Below the pieces are notes generated by a model. The model saw nothing but the letters and a program-made list of their open reading frames with translations. It did not search any database and was not told where the DNA came from. A stretch of 43,783 bases of DNA, taken from contig JBNMOF010000001.1 in NCBI GenBank assembly GCA_051277175.1, positions 1 through 43,783 on the forward strand. Direction: 5' to 3'. Position 1 is the first letter of the stretch; each line of letters opens with the position of its first letter. Position numbers and translations under genes: made by a program. The DNA is from Polaribacter sp. Its GTDB lineage: Bacteria > Bacteroidota > Bacteroidia > Flavobacteriales > Flavobacteriaceae. Below are positions 1 through 9,140 of the stretch, in pieces.

Positions 1-4
1 TATA

Positions 5-52
5 TTGTATAGGTGTAATTTATTGATTTAATAATATATGGTTTTAACTTGC
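5..52 (+). promoter_or_regulatory. Putative activator box (TTGTATAGGT, 5-14) plus Bacteroidota promoter (-33-like TTG 23-25; -7-like TAACTTGC 45-52)
   Basis: Box matches TTGTAGAGGT upstream of the PUL (8971-8980) at 9/10 and has the same 40-bp offset to the -7 element. Confidence 0.55.
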
Positions 53-110
53 AAAATGAGAGAAGAATAAACTTTCTTCTATTTTTAATTTGAACCTTTA
101 TAAATTATTT

Positions 111-1820
111 ATGATGAAAAAAATTACTTTATTATTAATGTTACTTTTAGTAAATGTTGGGTTCTCCCAATCTTTACCATTCGATTTTAGTTCTGCAAAT
201 CAATTGATGAGTGGAGATGGAGGAGCCGTAGTCTCAATTGAGCAAGATGGTACAAACGATGTTTTACAAATGATTGGATCTGGAGGAGAATGGGACAATG
301 CTCAAATTAATTTTGCCGATAATGTAGATTTATCAGATGATGCAAATAATACGATTACTTTCAGTATTAAACCAGTTAATGGAACAGGTAGTGGAGATCA
401 TTTATTAAAGTTTGAAGCTCCAGCTGCTGGTGGTGATATTGAATTAGCGTTCACAACAACTGGCACAGATTGGCAAACGATTAACTTAGATTTTGGTGCT
501 GGATTATCAAATTATGGTAAATTGGTTATTTTTACAGATAGTGGAGCTGGTAATACAGCTGTAGATACATATTTAATAGATGATATTTCTGGAGGTACAA
601 ACACAACGGAAGAAGTTGTTCTTCCTAATTTGCCTTTCGATTTTAGTTCTGCAAATCAATTGATGAGTGGAGATGGAGGAGCCGTAGTTTCAATTGAGCA
701 AGATGGTACAAACGATGTTTTACAGATGATTGGTTCTGGGGGAGAATGGGACAATGCTCAAATTAATTTTGCCGATAATGTAGATTTATCAGATGATGCA
801 AATAATACGATTACTTTCAGTATTAAACCAGTTAATGGAACGGGTAGTGGAGATCATTTATTAAAGTTCGAAGCTCCTGCTGCTGGTGGTGATGTTGAAT
901 TAGCGTTCACAACAACTGGTTCAGATTGGCAAACGATTAACTTAGATTTTGGTGCAGGATTATCAAATTATGGTAAACTGGTTATTTTTACAGATAGTGG
1001 AGCTGGTAATAATGCTGTTGATACATATTTAATAGATGATATTTCTGGAGGTACAAATGTAGCTCCACCTACACCTGCAGAAGCACCTACAACTGCAGCA
1101 CCAGTTCCTCCAGCGATGGATGCTTCGGATGTAATATCTCTTTATAGTGATGCTTACTCAGATATAGCAACTAATTTTGATCAAGGTTGGTGTGGTGCAT
1201 CTTCAGTGGAAGAAGTTATGGTTGCTGGAAATGCAACTATGGCATATTTAAATAATGATTGTCAGGGTATTGATTTTAATGCTGCTATTGATGCTTCATC
1301 ATTTACACACATGCACGTAGATGTTTATATTGATGAAACTGATTTTGTTGGAAAAGTTTTTAATTTAAAATTTGTTAGAGCTGGTGGAGAAGCGTTAGAA
1401 GTAAATTTTAATAGTGCTTCTAGTCCTAGTCTTGTTGGTGGTACATGGATTTCAATTGATGTAGCTGTAGATTTATCTGCTTTTACAGATCTTAAACAAT
1501 TCGGTATAACAAACAACAATAAAAACAACTCTTGGTATGATAACTTATACTTTTACAAAGCTGCAACATTAGGTGTAAGTGATAATGAGTTATTAGATGT
1601 ATCAATGTACCCTAACCCTGCTTCAGATAGATTAAATATTTCTGCTTCAAATACTATTAAAAATGCTAGCATTTTTAATATACTAGGTAAAAAAGTAATG
1701 AGTTTAGAAATTAATAAAAATAGCGAGTCTATTGATGTTTCTTCTCTAGCATCAGGTATTTATTTAATTAAATATCAATTAGATAATGCTACAGGTACAG
1801 CAAAATTTATTAAAGAATAA
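111..1820 (+). CDS. T9SS-secreted non-catalytic multi-domain glycan-binding protein (2 near-identical CBM-like modules, Pro/Thr/Ala linker, third CBM-like module, T9SS type A CTD)
   Basis: ATG at 111/114 preferred over TTG at 90. Signal peptide MKKITLLLMLLLVNVGFSQ; duplicated LPFDF...YLIDDISGG module; APPTPAEAPTTAAPVPP linker; DVISLYSDAY module; CTD MYPNPASD...GIYLIK...KFIKE. No catalytic motif recognised. Confidence 0.8.
   Translation: MMKKITLLLMLLLVNVGFSQSLPFDFSSANQLMSGDGGAVVSIEQDGTNDVLQMIGSGGEWDNAQINFADNVDLSDDANNTITFSIKPVNGTGSGDHLLKFEAPAAGGDIELAFTTTGTDWQTINLDFGAGLSNYGKLVIFTDSGAGNTAVDTYLIDDISGGTNTTEEVVLPNLPFDFSSANQLMSGDGGAVVSIEQDGTNDVLQMIGSGGEWDNAQINFADNVDLSDDANNTITFSIKPVNGTGSGDHLLKFEAPAAGGDVELAFTTTGSDWQTINLDFGAGLSNYGKLVIFTDSGAGNNAVDTYLIDDISGGTNVAPPTPAEAPTTAAPVPPAMDASDVISLYSDAYSDIATNFDQGWCGASSVEEVMVAGNATMAYLNNDCQGIDFNAAIDASSFTHMHVDVYIDETDFVGKVFNLKFVRAGGEALEVNFNSASSPSLVGGTWISIDVAVDLSAFTDLKQFGITNNNKNNSWYDNLYFYKAATLGVSDNELLDVSMYPNPASDRLNISASNTIKNASIFNILGKKVMSLEINKNSESIDVSSLASGIYLIKYQLDNATGTAKFIKE
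174..1058 (+). repeat. Intragenic tandem duplication: 174-602 and 630-1058 (period 456 nt)
   Basis: Manual alignment gives about 16 differences in about 423 nt (about 96% identity) and only 3 amino-acid changes. Confidence 0.95.
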
Positions 1821-1843
1821 GTAAGCAAATAATTTTTAGAAAC

Positions 1844-1878
1844 AAAACAGTCAAAATTTATTTTGACTGTTTTTTTTT
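1844..1878 (+). terminator. Intrinsic terminator
   Basis: AAAACAGTCAAAAT-TT-ATTTTGACTGTTTT followed by a T-run, just after the stop at 1820. Confidence 0.85.
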
Positions 1879-1953
1879 ATGCCATAAAGTTTTAGATATT
1901 TCGTTTGTGATTAATCAAAAATTAATATCTTTATTACTTAAATATTATTCCAA

Positions 1954-4068
1954 TTGAAATCTATTTGTAAATTTTTTAGCTTCATTTTATACATCACCTT
2001 ACTCTTTGGTTGTTCTAAAAATGAAAATACTTCTAATAAGAGAAGTAATGATTTAATACATGAAACAAGTCCGTATTTATTGCAGCATGCATACAATCCG
2101 GTAAATTGGAAAGCATGGAACCCAAAAACGTTAGCATTAGCAAAGAAAGAAAATAAATTAATTATCATTTCAGTAGGCTATTCAGCGTGTCATTGGTGTC
2201 ATGTAATGGAAGAAGAAAGTTTTGAAAACGACTCTATTGCGAAGATTATGAATGATAATTTTATCAATATAAAAGTAGATAGAGAAGAAAGACCAGATGT
2301 AGATAAAGTATATATGAATGCTGTTCAGTTAATGACAGGTAGTGGAGGTTGGCCATTAAACTGTATTGCGCTTCCTGATGGAAGACCCATTTTTGGAGGT
2401 ACTTATTTTACAAAAAAACAATGGGAAAAAGTGTTGATCAATATTTCTAAATTATACCAGGAGGAGCCAGAGCGAGCAATCCAATTTGCTGAAAATTTAA
2501 CAAAGGGAATTCAGGAATCTCAATTAATTAAGTTGAACAAAGAAGCTCCAAATTTTTTAGCTTCAGAAGTAAGTGCAGCCATAGATGTTTGGAAAACTCA
2601 AATAGATACTATTTACGGAGGGTTTGCAGGTGCACCAAAATTTCCAATGCCAAATTCTTTAGAATTCTTATTGAGATACAGTCATCAATTTAATGATAAA
2701 CTCATAGAAGACTATTTAGAGAATACACTGACTAAAATTGCTTACGGAGGAATTTATGACCCTATTGGTGGAGGATTTTCTAGATATGCCGTAGATGAAA
2801 AATGGCACATTCCCCATTTTGAGAAAATGTTATATGACAATGCGCAATTGGTAAGCCTATATGCGAAAGGATATTTGAACACGAAAAATGAGTTGTATAA
2901 AACGGTAGTTTTTGAAACCTTAAGTTTCGTAAAAGAAGAATTAACAACTAAAAATGGCGCATTTTATTCTTCTTTAGATGCAGACAGTAAAAATAAATTA
3001 GAAGTAAAAGAAGAAGGTGCTTTTTATGAATGGAAAGTCAACGAGTTACAGGAATTATTAGGAACCGATTTTGCACTATTTAAAGAGTTCTACAATATAA
3101 ATGAGTATGGACTTTGGGAGAATGACAAATATGTTTTGATAAGAAATCAATCTAAAGAAGCATTTTCAAAAGAACAAAAAATTAAGTTAACAGCGCTAGA
3201 TGTTAAGGTATCCAAATGGAAAAAAGTATTAAAAGAAGCGAGGAACAAGAGGAGTAAGCCCAATTTAGATGATAAAATACTAACTTCTTGGAATGCGTTA
3301 ATGCTGCAAGGTTATGTAGATGCCTACAGTGCTTTTGGTACGAAAGAATTTTTAACAACAGCTGTAATTAACGCAAACTTTCTAGTAAAAAATCAATTAA
3401 GAAAAGACGGTGGTTTAAATCGGAATTATAAAAATGGGGTCAGTACGATTAATGCGTATGCAGAAGATTACGCTACGGTAATACACGCTTTTATTTCGTT
3501 ATACGAAGTTACTTTAGATGAAAAATGGCTAACGACTTCCAAGGAACTAATGGATTATTTATTCACAAACTTTTTCGAGGAAAAAAATAAAATGTTTCAT
3601 TTTACGTCTAAGAAAGATGATAATTTAATCTCAAGAAAATACGAAGTAATAGACGGTGTAATACCTTCATCGAATTCTATGATAGCAAATAGTTTATTTA
3701 AATTGGGGCATTATTATTCTAATAAGAACTATTTAAAGATCTCTGAACAAATGCTTAATAACGTAAAGGAAGATGTGAAAAGAAATCCTGGTAATTATAG
3801 TAATTGGTTAAATTTAATGACCAGTTTAACAAAACCTTTTTATGAAGTGGTGGTTGCCGGAAATAATGCTAGTGAAGTAAATAAAAAGTTAATTAATAAG
3901 TACAATCCAAACATCTTAATTGCGGGGACTTCGAAAGAAAACAATACACTACCCTTGTTGTCATATAAATTTAACGAAGATGAAACGTTTATATACGTTT
4001 GTGTAAACGGCACCTGTAAAAAACCACAAACCAGTATAATAGATGCTTTAGAGAGTATTAAAAAGTAA
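1954..4068 (+). CDS. Thioredoxin-domain protein, YyaL/DUF255 (SPATA20-like) family with six-hairpin glycosidase-like C-terminal domain; predicted lipoprotein
   Basis: NDLIHETSPYLLQHAYNPVNW, SVGYSACHWCHVMEEESF, KVDREERPDVD, GGWPL, PHFEKMLYDNA, DDKILTSWNALM motifs; lipobox LLFGC; TTG start. Confidence 0.9.
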   Translation: MKSICKFFSFILYITLLFGCSKNENTSNKRSNDLIHETSPYLLQHAYNPVNWKAWNPKTLALAKKENKLIIISVGYSACHWCHVMEEESFENDSIAKIMNDNFINIKVDREERPDVDKVYMNAVQLMTGSGGWPLNCIALPDGRPIFGGTYFTKKQWEKVLINISKLYQEEPERAIQFAENLTKGIQESQLIKLNKEAPNFLASEVSAAIDVWKTQIDTIYGGFAGAPKFPMPNSLEFLLRYSHQFNDKLIEDYLENTLTKIAYGGIYDPIGGGFSRYAVDEKWHIPHFEKMLYDNAQLVSLYAKGYLNTKNELYKTVVFETLSFVKEELTTKNGAFYSSLDADSKNKLEVKEEGAFYEWKVNELQELLGTDFALFKEFYNINEYGLWENDKYVLIRNQSKEAFSKEQKIKLTALDVKVSKWKKVLKEARNKRSKPNLDDKILTSWNALMLQGYVDAYSAFGTKEFLTTAVINANFLVKNQLRKDGGLNRNYKNGVSTINAYAEDYATVIHAFISLYEVTLDEKWLTTSKELMDYLFTNFFEEKNKMFHFTSKKDDNLISRKYEVIDGVIPSSNSMIANSLFKLGHYYSNKNYLKISEQMLNNVKEDVKRNPGNYSNWLNLMTSLTKPFYEVVVAGNNASEVNKKLINKYNPNILIAGTSKENNTLPLLSYKFNEDETFIYVCVNGTCKKPQTSIIDALESIKK

Positions 4069-4428
4069 CTAGTTTTTGTGATACAAGTTTCTTTTCATAT
4101 TATTCGTAAATTTTGTCAAACGAATTTTAAAGAGAATAAGCGCAAAAACGAATTCCCTCAAAATAACATAGTATTAAATTTAAAGGAAGTCTAATTTAAT
4201 TTGTATCTTAATTCAAGGATAAAAAGGTTTTAGGTAGATTTTAAAGTGGCGCTTTACACGATCTTTTTTTAGTCTTCATTCCTCAAAGTTACATGTAGAA
4301 GCTTAAAAAGTACTGTTTCGATATAAAGAGAGCTCTATTTTAAGGCGTGCGTTTTTAAAACCGATAGCAATTGTAGAATTAAATTTAAAAACAATACAAA
4401 TATCCGCACAAAGAAGATTGGAAGGGCG

Positions 4429-4436
4429 TACTTTTG
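4429..4436 (+). promoter_or_regulatory. Bacteroidota sigma-A -7 element TACTTTTG
   Basis: Exact TAnnTTTG match upstream of the small ORF and TPR gene. Confidence 0.6.
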
Positions 4437-4481
4437 TAGTTTCATATTTATAATAGCATTGCTGTAAAAATAAAACGGATT

Positions 4482-4574
4482 ATGAGTGTTATTATTGAGA
4501 TGACAAGCGCAACATCAAAAAAAAGTGCAATTAATAGGATGCAAAAAAAGTGTATAATTTCTAAAGAAAATTAA
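4482..4574 (+). CDS. Candidate 30-aa leader peptide/small protein MSVIIEMTSATSKKSAINRMQKKCIISKEN
   Basis: ATG at 4482 downstream of the promoter; its TAA directly abuts the TPR ATG (TAAATG). Confidence 0.4.
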   Translation: MSVIIEMTSATSKKSAINRMQKKCIISKEN

Positions 4575-5135
4575 ATGGGAACATTAACAAACAACTATAT
4601 TTTTAAAGCATTAGAGAACTATCCTTTCGATTTAGAGGAAGTTATGGAGGCGTTAGATTATGCCTTGTCTAGTGATGATAAAAACACCATGGCATTAACT
4701 TTAATGGGAAGAGTATATGCCGAAAAATTATATAAATATGACGAGGCCGTTATATATTTTAAACAAGCTTTAGCAGAAAATATTCGTGCTTTTGAAGCAT
4801 ACACGCCATACATTAATACGCTTTTATGGAATGAAGATTTCAAGGAGGCTGAAGAATTTATCGATTTTGCATTGACCGTAAAAGGATCTGATAAAGCAGT
4901 GTTGTATCTAAAAAAAGCCAATTTGTATGAGCAATTAAAAGAGTATCAAAAAGCGTTGAATTTTATTAAGTTATCAAAAGAATTTACTTTTAATTCAGAT
5001 TTTATGGTAGATATCAATGTTGAAAAAGATAGAATAAAAGGCAAGATGCCTAAAAAAATAAAAGCGAAGTTAGAAGGACAAGAAAAAGAGAAAGCTAAAA
5101 TTGCTAAAAAGCTTAAAAAAAGCAAGAAACAGTAA
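4575..5135 (+). CDS. Tetratricopeptide-repeat protein with Lys-rich tail
   Basis: TPR-like helices (ALTLMGRVYAEKLYKYDEAVIYFKQAL; LYLKKANLYEQLKEYQKAL). Confidence 0.8.
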   Translation: MGTLTNNYIFKALENYPFDLEEVMEALDYALSSDDKNTMALTLMGRVYAEKLYKYDEAVIYFKQALAENIRAFEAYTPYINTLLWNEDFKEAEEFIDFALTVKGSDKAVLYLKKANLYEQLKEYQKALNFIKLSKEFTFNSDFMVDINVEKDRIKGKMPKKIKAKLEGQEKEKAKIAKKLKKSKKQ

Positions 5136-5194
5136 GGGCATTTAGTTTTTAAGCAGTGCTCTTCTCAATGTTCGAAGTTTTACTAATCTAGAAG

Positions 5195-5551
5195 CTAATT
5201 TAAAATTTGATTTTCTTGCAGTCTAAAACAACGCTCTTCTCCCAAATGCAATGGATTTCCATATTCCTCCGACCAAAATCCATCTAAGATATCTTTAGAA
5301 ATACAGCGATACACCACAACACCTTTATACATATTGTTTTCGTCTCCTTGATATTGAAAATTAATTACTAAAATATTATCTTTAAAAAAGCCGGTTCCAA
5401 ATTGTTGTTGACTTTTATTAATGAGCCATTTAGCATCTATTTTATTGTTTTTGTCTAAAGCTAATTCTAAAGTCCCTTTATAGCTTTTTTCAGTGTCGTC
5501 TTGGTTGCTACCAAGTATCTGAAACCTGCCAACTAAATCTTCAATTTTCAT
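5195..5551 (-). CDS. Hypothetical protein (small beta-rich domain)
   Basis: 118-aa ORF with ATG start, normal composition, and upstream TATCTTTA -7-like element. Confidence 0.75.
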   Translation of the reverse strand: MKIEDLVGRFQILGSNQDDTEKSYKGTLELALDKNNKIDAKWLINKSQQQFGTGFFKDNILVINFQYQGDENNMYKGVVVYRCISKDILDGFWSEEYGNPLHLGEERCFRLQENQILN

Positions 5552-5703
5552 GTATCTAAAATTTGGATACTTGTAAAGATATAAGAATTCGATGTTGTAC
5601 GTGTTTAAAATAAGTGCACATTATTAAATTCTTTTTTAATTGTGTAAAAAAAACTTAATGTGCTCAAAAACAGTATAAACTTTTAAATTTACGTGTCTTT
5701 TCA

Positions 5704-5711
5704 TATATTTG
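5704..5711 (+). promoter_or_regulatory. -7 element TATATTTG for the regulator gene
   Basis: Exact TAnnTTTG about 48 nt upstream of ATG 5759. Confidence 0.55.
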
Positions 5712-5758
5712 ATAGAATTAGTAGGGTAGCATAATTTTAAGAAGAATGTTTTAAAACA

Positions 5759-8626
5759 ATGGTTAGAAAATTATTTTTTATTTTTTTTTTATATTTTGGA
5801 AATTCCGTTTGGAGTCAGTTCTCTAATATTCCAGGAACCCCCATAATTAAAAATTTTACAGAAGAAGAAGTAAACAATAATTTAACAATTTTTGACATCT
5901 CTCAGAGTTCACAGGGTATCATGTATTTTGCTACCCCAAACGGATTATTGGAGTATGACGGAGTTCGCTGGGAAAATTATAGACATGGTTTAGAATCGGA
6001 TCTACGCTCAGTTTTATATACAGCCGATGAACATATATATACATCAGGTCACGGCGGATTTGGTTACTGGTCTAGAAATAGCGCTGGCGAATTAGAGTAC
6101 ACCAGTTTATTCCTTAAGTTACCCGAAAAAAAATCGCCATTATTACCTATATTCTCTCGAATTAAAGAGATAAACGACAAAATTTTTTTTCAAACATTTC
6201 AACAAATATTTATCTATGATCCAATTACAAAGGATCTCGATGTAGTCGCTGCTAATAAAGGATTTAATTTTCTTTTTTCATCGGAAGAAAGAGTATTTAT
6301 ACAAGAAACTGGAATAGGTCTTTTTGAGTTAAAGGACAAGGAACTGATATTGATAGAAGGCACAGATAAGACAGCGCTGCACATTTTAAATGTATTTGTA
6401 AAAAATAATGATGAATTACTAATAGTGACAAAAAATAATGGCTTTTGGTCTTGGAAAAACAAACGACTTGTAAAAAATAAATGGAAAATAAATGCGGTTA
6501 TTGAAAATCACTTAGTAAATGATGTGCAAGAATTTCAAAGAGATAAATTTATAATTGGCACCTTAAGAAAGGGGATGTATGTAATTTCATCTAAAGGAAA
6601 TATTCTTTTACATCAAGAAAAAAGTAATGGACTTTTAAGCAATTCAATAAGAAAGGTTTTTACAGACTCAAATCGTAATTTATGGTTGGGCATGGAAAAA
6701 GGTTTAAGTTATCTGCAAATTAGCGGCAATACAAATTATTTACTGGACTTTAAAGGAGAATTCGGAACTGTTTATGCAAGTTGTCTAAAAGATTCTTTAC
6801 TTTATTTAGGAACCAATCAAGGCCTTTTTATTAAAAACACCAAGTTGCCAGGTTCAAAAATAAAGTTAGTTGATAAGAGTATTGGACAAATTTGGGAAAT
6901 TGAAAAAGTAAATAATCAAATTTTAGTGGGTTCGCATGAAGGTGTTTTTATTTTAGAAGATCAAAAACTGAAATTATTATATAAAGAAGGAGGTGCTTGG
7001 GTATTTAAAAAACATCCTAAATTAGAGAATATTCTTTATGTTGGCTTTTATTCGGGTATTGCTGTATTTAAACTGATAAATGGAAATTGGGTATTTGAAA
7101 AAAAATGGCCGAATTATGGAGAGTCGTCACGCTTTATTGAGTTTGATAAATATGGAGATTTATGGGTAACACATCCTGCTAAAGGATACTATCGTTTAAG
7201 CTTGTCATCAGACGGTTTGGATCTTAAAGAATACGAATTTTATGGCGTAAGTAACCGTTTTGTAGAAACATATGCATATATCTGTAAGATAGATGAAGAT
7301 TTAATTTTTTACAATCCAAAAGGATATTTCAGTTATGATCGAATTGATAATTCTTTTACTCCACAAAAATACGCTTTAGAAGTATTTAAAAATATAAAAG
7401 GTATAAATAGTATTGTTCAAAATGAAAATGTCTTTTGGTATTCAACGCCAAAATCTATCGGTTATGTTTTAAGAGATCGAAATCGTTTTAACAATGTTAG
7501 CAATCCGTTTTATTCTTTTAGAAATAAGCATTTGAATGATTTCAATAAGTTTAAAAAAGTAAATGACTCTACTTTTGGAATCGGAATTCATAATGGTATT
7601 ATTTTTCATGCGATTAATAATTTAGATCTGGATTCAGAAAAAGAAATTCCGATTATAAGAAATATTCATTTTATAAGTAAAACAGACACCATTATTTCAT
7701 CAATAAATAAAACAGAGTTAGAAGACATTCCTTTTGGAAATAATTTTTTAAAAGTAGCCATCGCAATGCCAAAAACACCTTTGGCGAACTCTTATAAAAT
7801 TCAGTATAAATTAAAAGGTTTAAATGAAAAATGGTCTCGCTGGGATTTTCTGTCAGCATTAAGTTTCCCGGGACTATCGCCCGGTAATTACACTTTAGAG
7901 ATAAGGTCTGGTGGTAAAAATGAAACCACATCTGAAATAATACGGAAAGAATTTCACGTAAAATATCCTTGGTACTTAACAAAGGTTATTTTTATTTTTT
8001 ATGGTTTATTACTATTTGTTATTCATGCTTTTTATAAATCTTATTTTAAAAATAAAAATTTAAAACAAATTACATATTTAAAACAAATAGAAGAAGTTAA
8101 AAGAAAGTCTCAAGAAGAGAAATTTAAATTAGACAAACTTGAGACAGAGAGAGAGCTGATGATCTTGAGAGAAGAAAATTTAAGTTTAGAGATAAAAAAG
8201 AAAAATTCTGCATTAGCGTCTTCCACATTAAATAATATAAAGAAAAATGAATTACTTATTGATTTAGTAATTGATATGAACAAAATTGACGGCGAGTTGG
8301 TAAACAGCTCTTTGCATCTTCCTGTGAAAAAGGTAATAAAAAAAATAAACAGTAATTTATTAGATAAAGAAGATTGGCTAACTTTTCAATTACATTTTAA
8401 TAATTCACACACTCAATTTTTTCAAAAATTAAGAGAAAAACACCCAGATTTATCTTCTAACGAAATTAAACTAAGCGCTTATTTAAAGTTAAATCTTTCT
8501 TCAAAAGAAATCGCATCATTAATGCATGTTGCAATTACTAGCATAGAGCAAAGCAGATATAGATTGCGTAAAAAGATAAACTTAGATAAGGACGTAAATC
8601 TTGTCAACTACATTCAAAATATATAA
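5759..8626 (+). CDS. Membrane-spanning one-component PUL regulator: periplasmic beta-propeller sensor, Y_Y_Y domain, TM helix, LuxR-type HTH
   Basis: Propeller repeats (GLLEYDGVRW, DSNRNLWLG, LYLGTNQGLF); QYKLKGLNEKWS...LSPGNYTLEIR; TM IFIFYGLLLFVIHAFY; C-terminal HPDLSSNEIKLSAYLKLNLSSKEIASLMHVAITSIEQSRYRLRKK. Confidence 0.9.
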   Translation: MVRKLFFIFFLYFGNSVWSQFSNIPGTPIIKNFTEEEVNNNLTIFDISQSSQGIMYFATPNGLLEYDGVRWENYRHGLESDLRSVLYTADEHIYTSGHGGFGYWSRNSAGELEYTSLFLKLPEKKSPLLPIFSRIKEINDKIFFQTFQQIFIYDPITKDLDVVAANKGFNFLFSSEERVFIQETGIGLFELKDKELILIEGTDKTALHILNVFVKNNDELLIVTKNNGFWSWKNKRLVKNKWKINAVIENHLVNDVQEFQRDKFIIGTLRKGMYVISSKGNILLHQEKSNGLLSNSIRKVFTDSNRNLWLGMEKGLSYLQISGNTNYLLDFKGEFGTVYASCLKDSLLYLGTNQGLFIKNTKLPGSKIKLVDKSIGQIWEIEKVNNQILVGSHEGVFILEDQKLKLLYKEGGAWVFKKHPKLENILYVGFYSGIAVFKLINGNWVFEKKWPNYGESSRFIEFDKYGDLWVTHPAKGYYRLSLSSDGLDLKEYEFYGVSNRFVETYAYICKIDEDLIFYNPKGYFSYDRIDNSFTPQKYALEVFKNIKGINSIVQNENVFWYSTPKSIGYVLRDRNRFNNVSNPFYSFRNKHLNDFNKFKKVNDSTFGIGIHNGIIFHAINNLDLDSEKEIPIIRNIHFISKTDTIISSINKTELEDIPFGNNFLKVAIAMPKTPLANSYKIQYKLKGLNEKWSRWDFLSALSFPGLSPGNYTLEIRSGGKNETTSEIIRKEFHVKYPWYLTKVIFIFYGLLLFVIHAFYKSYFKNKNLKQITYLKQIEEVKRKSQEEKFKLDKLETERELMILREENLSLEIKKKNSALASSTLNNIKKNELLIDLVIDMNKIDGELVNSSLHLPVKKVIKKINSNLLDKEDWLTFQLHFNNSHTQFFQKLREKHPDLSSNEIKLSAYLKLNLSSKEIASLMHVAITSIEQSRYRLRKKINLDKDVNLVNYIQNI

Positions 8627-8936
8627 ATTGTAATATAATTATATATTATCAACTTTTCTGTAATAATTTTAACCGTTATTTTTAATACATCTAGGAGAAA
8701 ATAGCAGGCTTAATTATTTATCAAACTAAACGCAGCACATATTCCAAAAACTAACCTTTTTTCAAAACAACTATTTTTACGGGTTTCTGCAATAACTTGT
8801 AGAAAAAATTTAGGTGCTCTATTTATAGTAAAATAAATAGGTTAGAAGAGTGCGTCTTAGATATTAACTAAATATAAATATTTAAAAAATACTTATAAAT
8901 TACTGTAAATTAGGTTGTTGTATATTTTAACAAAGA

Positions 8937-9018
8937 TTTTGTAGAGGTGTTTTTTTCTTTTTATTAGTTTTTGTAGAGGTCAAATAATTGTAAAGAACAA
9001 TTTTTTAGAGCAAGTTTG
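8937..9018 (+). promoter_or_regulatory. PUL promoter with direct repeat TTTTGTAGAGGT (8937-8948, 8969-8980) and -7-like CAAGTTTG (9011-9018)
   Basis: Exact 12-bp direct repeat, period 32 bp, between the regulator and the first PUL gene. Confidence 0.65.
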
Positions 9019-9140
9019 ACAAGTAATTTTTTGCTGTGCTACAAAACTATGTGTAAAACAAACTTAGTCTCTTAGGATACTAAAAACAACATTACAATTA
9101 TTTAGTATGTATGTTATTTTAACTTAATTAAATCTTTATT

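Noticed and set aside
174-1058. Repeat as CRISPR or mobile-element signature
   Set aside because: It is an in-frame coding domain duplication with no spacers or terminal repeats.
4069-4420. Long intergenic region as a possible WYL/rtcB remnant or ncRNA
   Set aside because: No convincing reading frame, stable structure or repeat found by eye.
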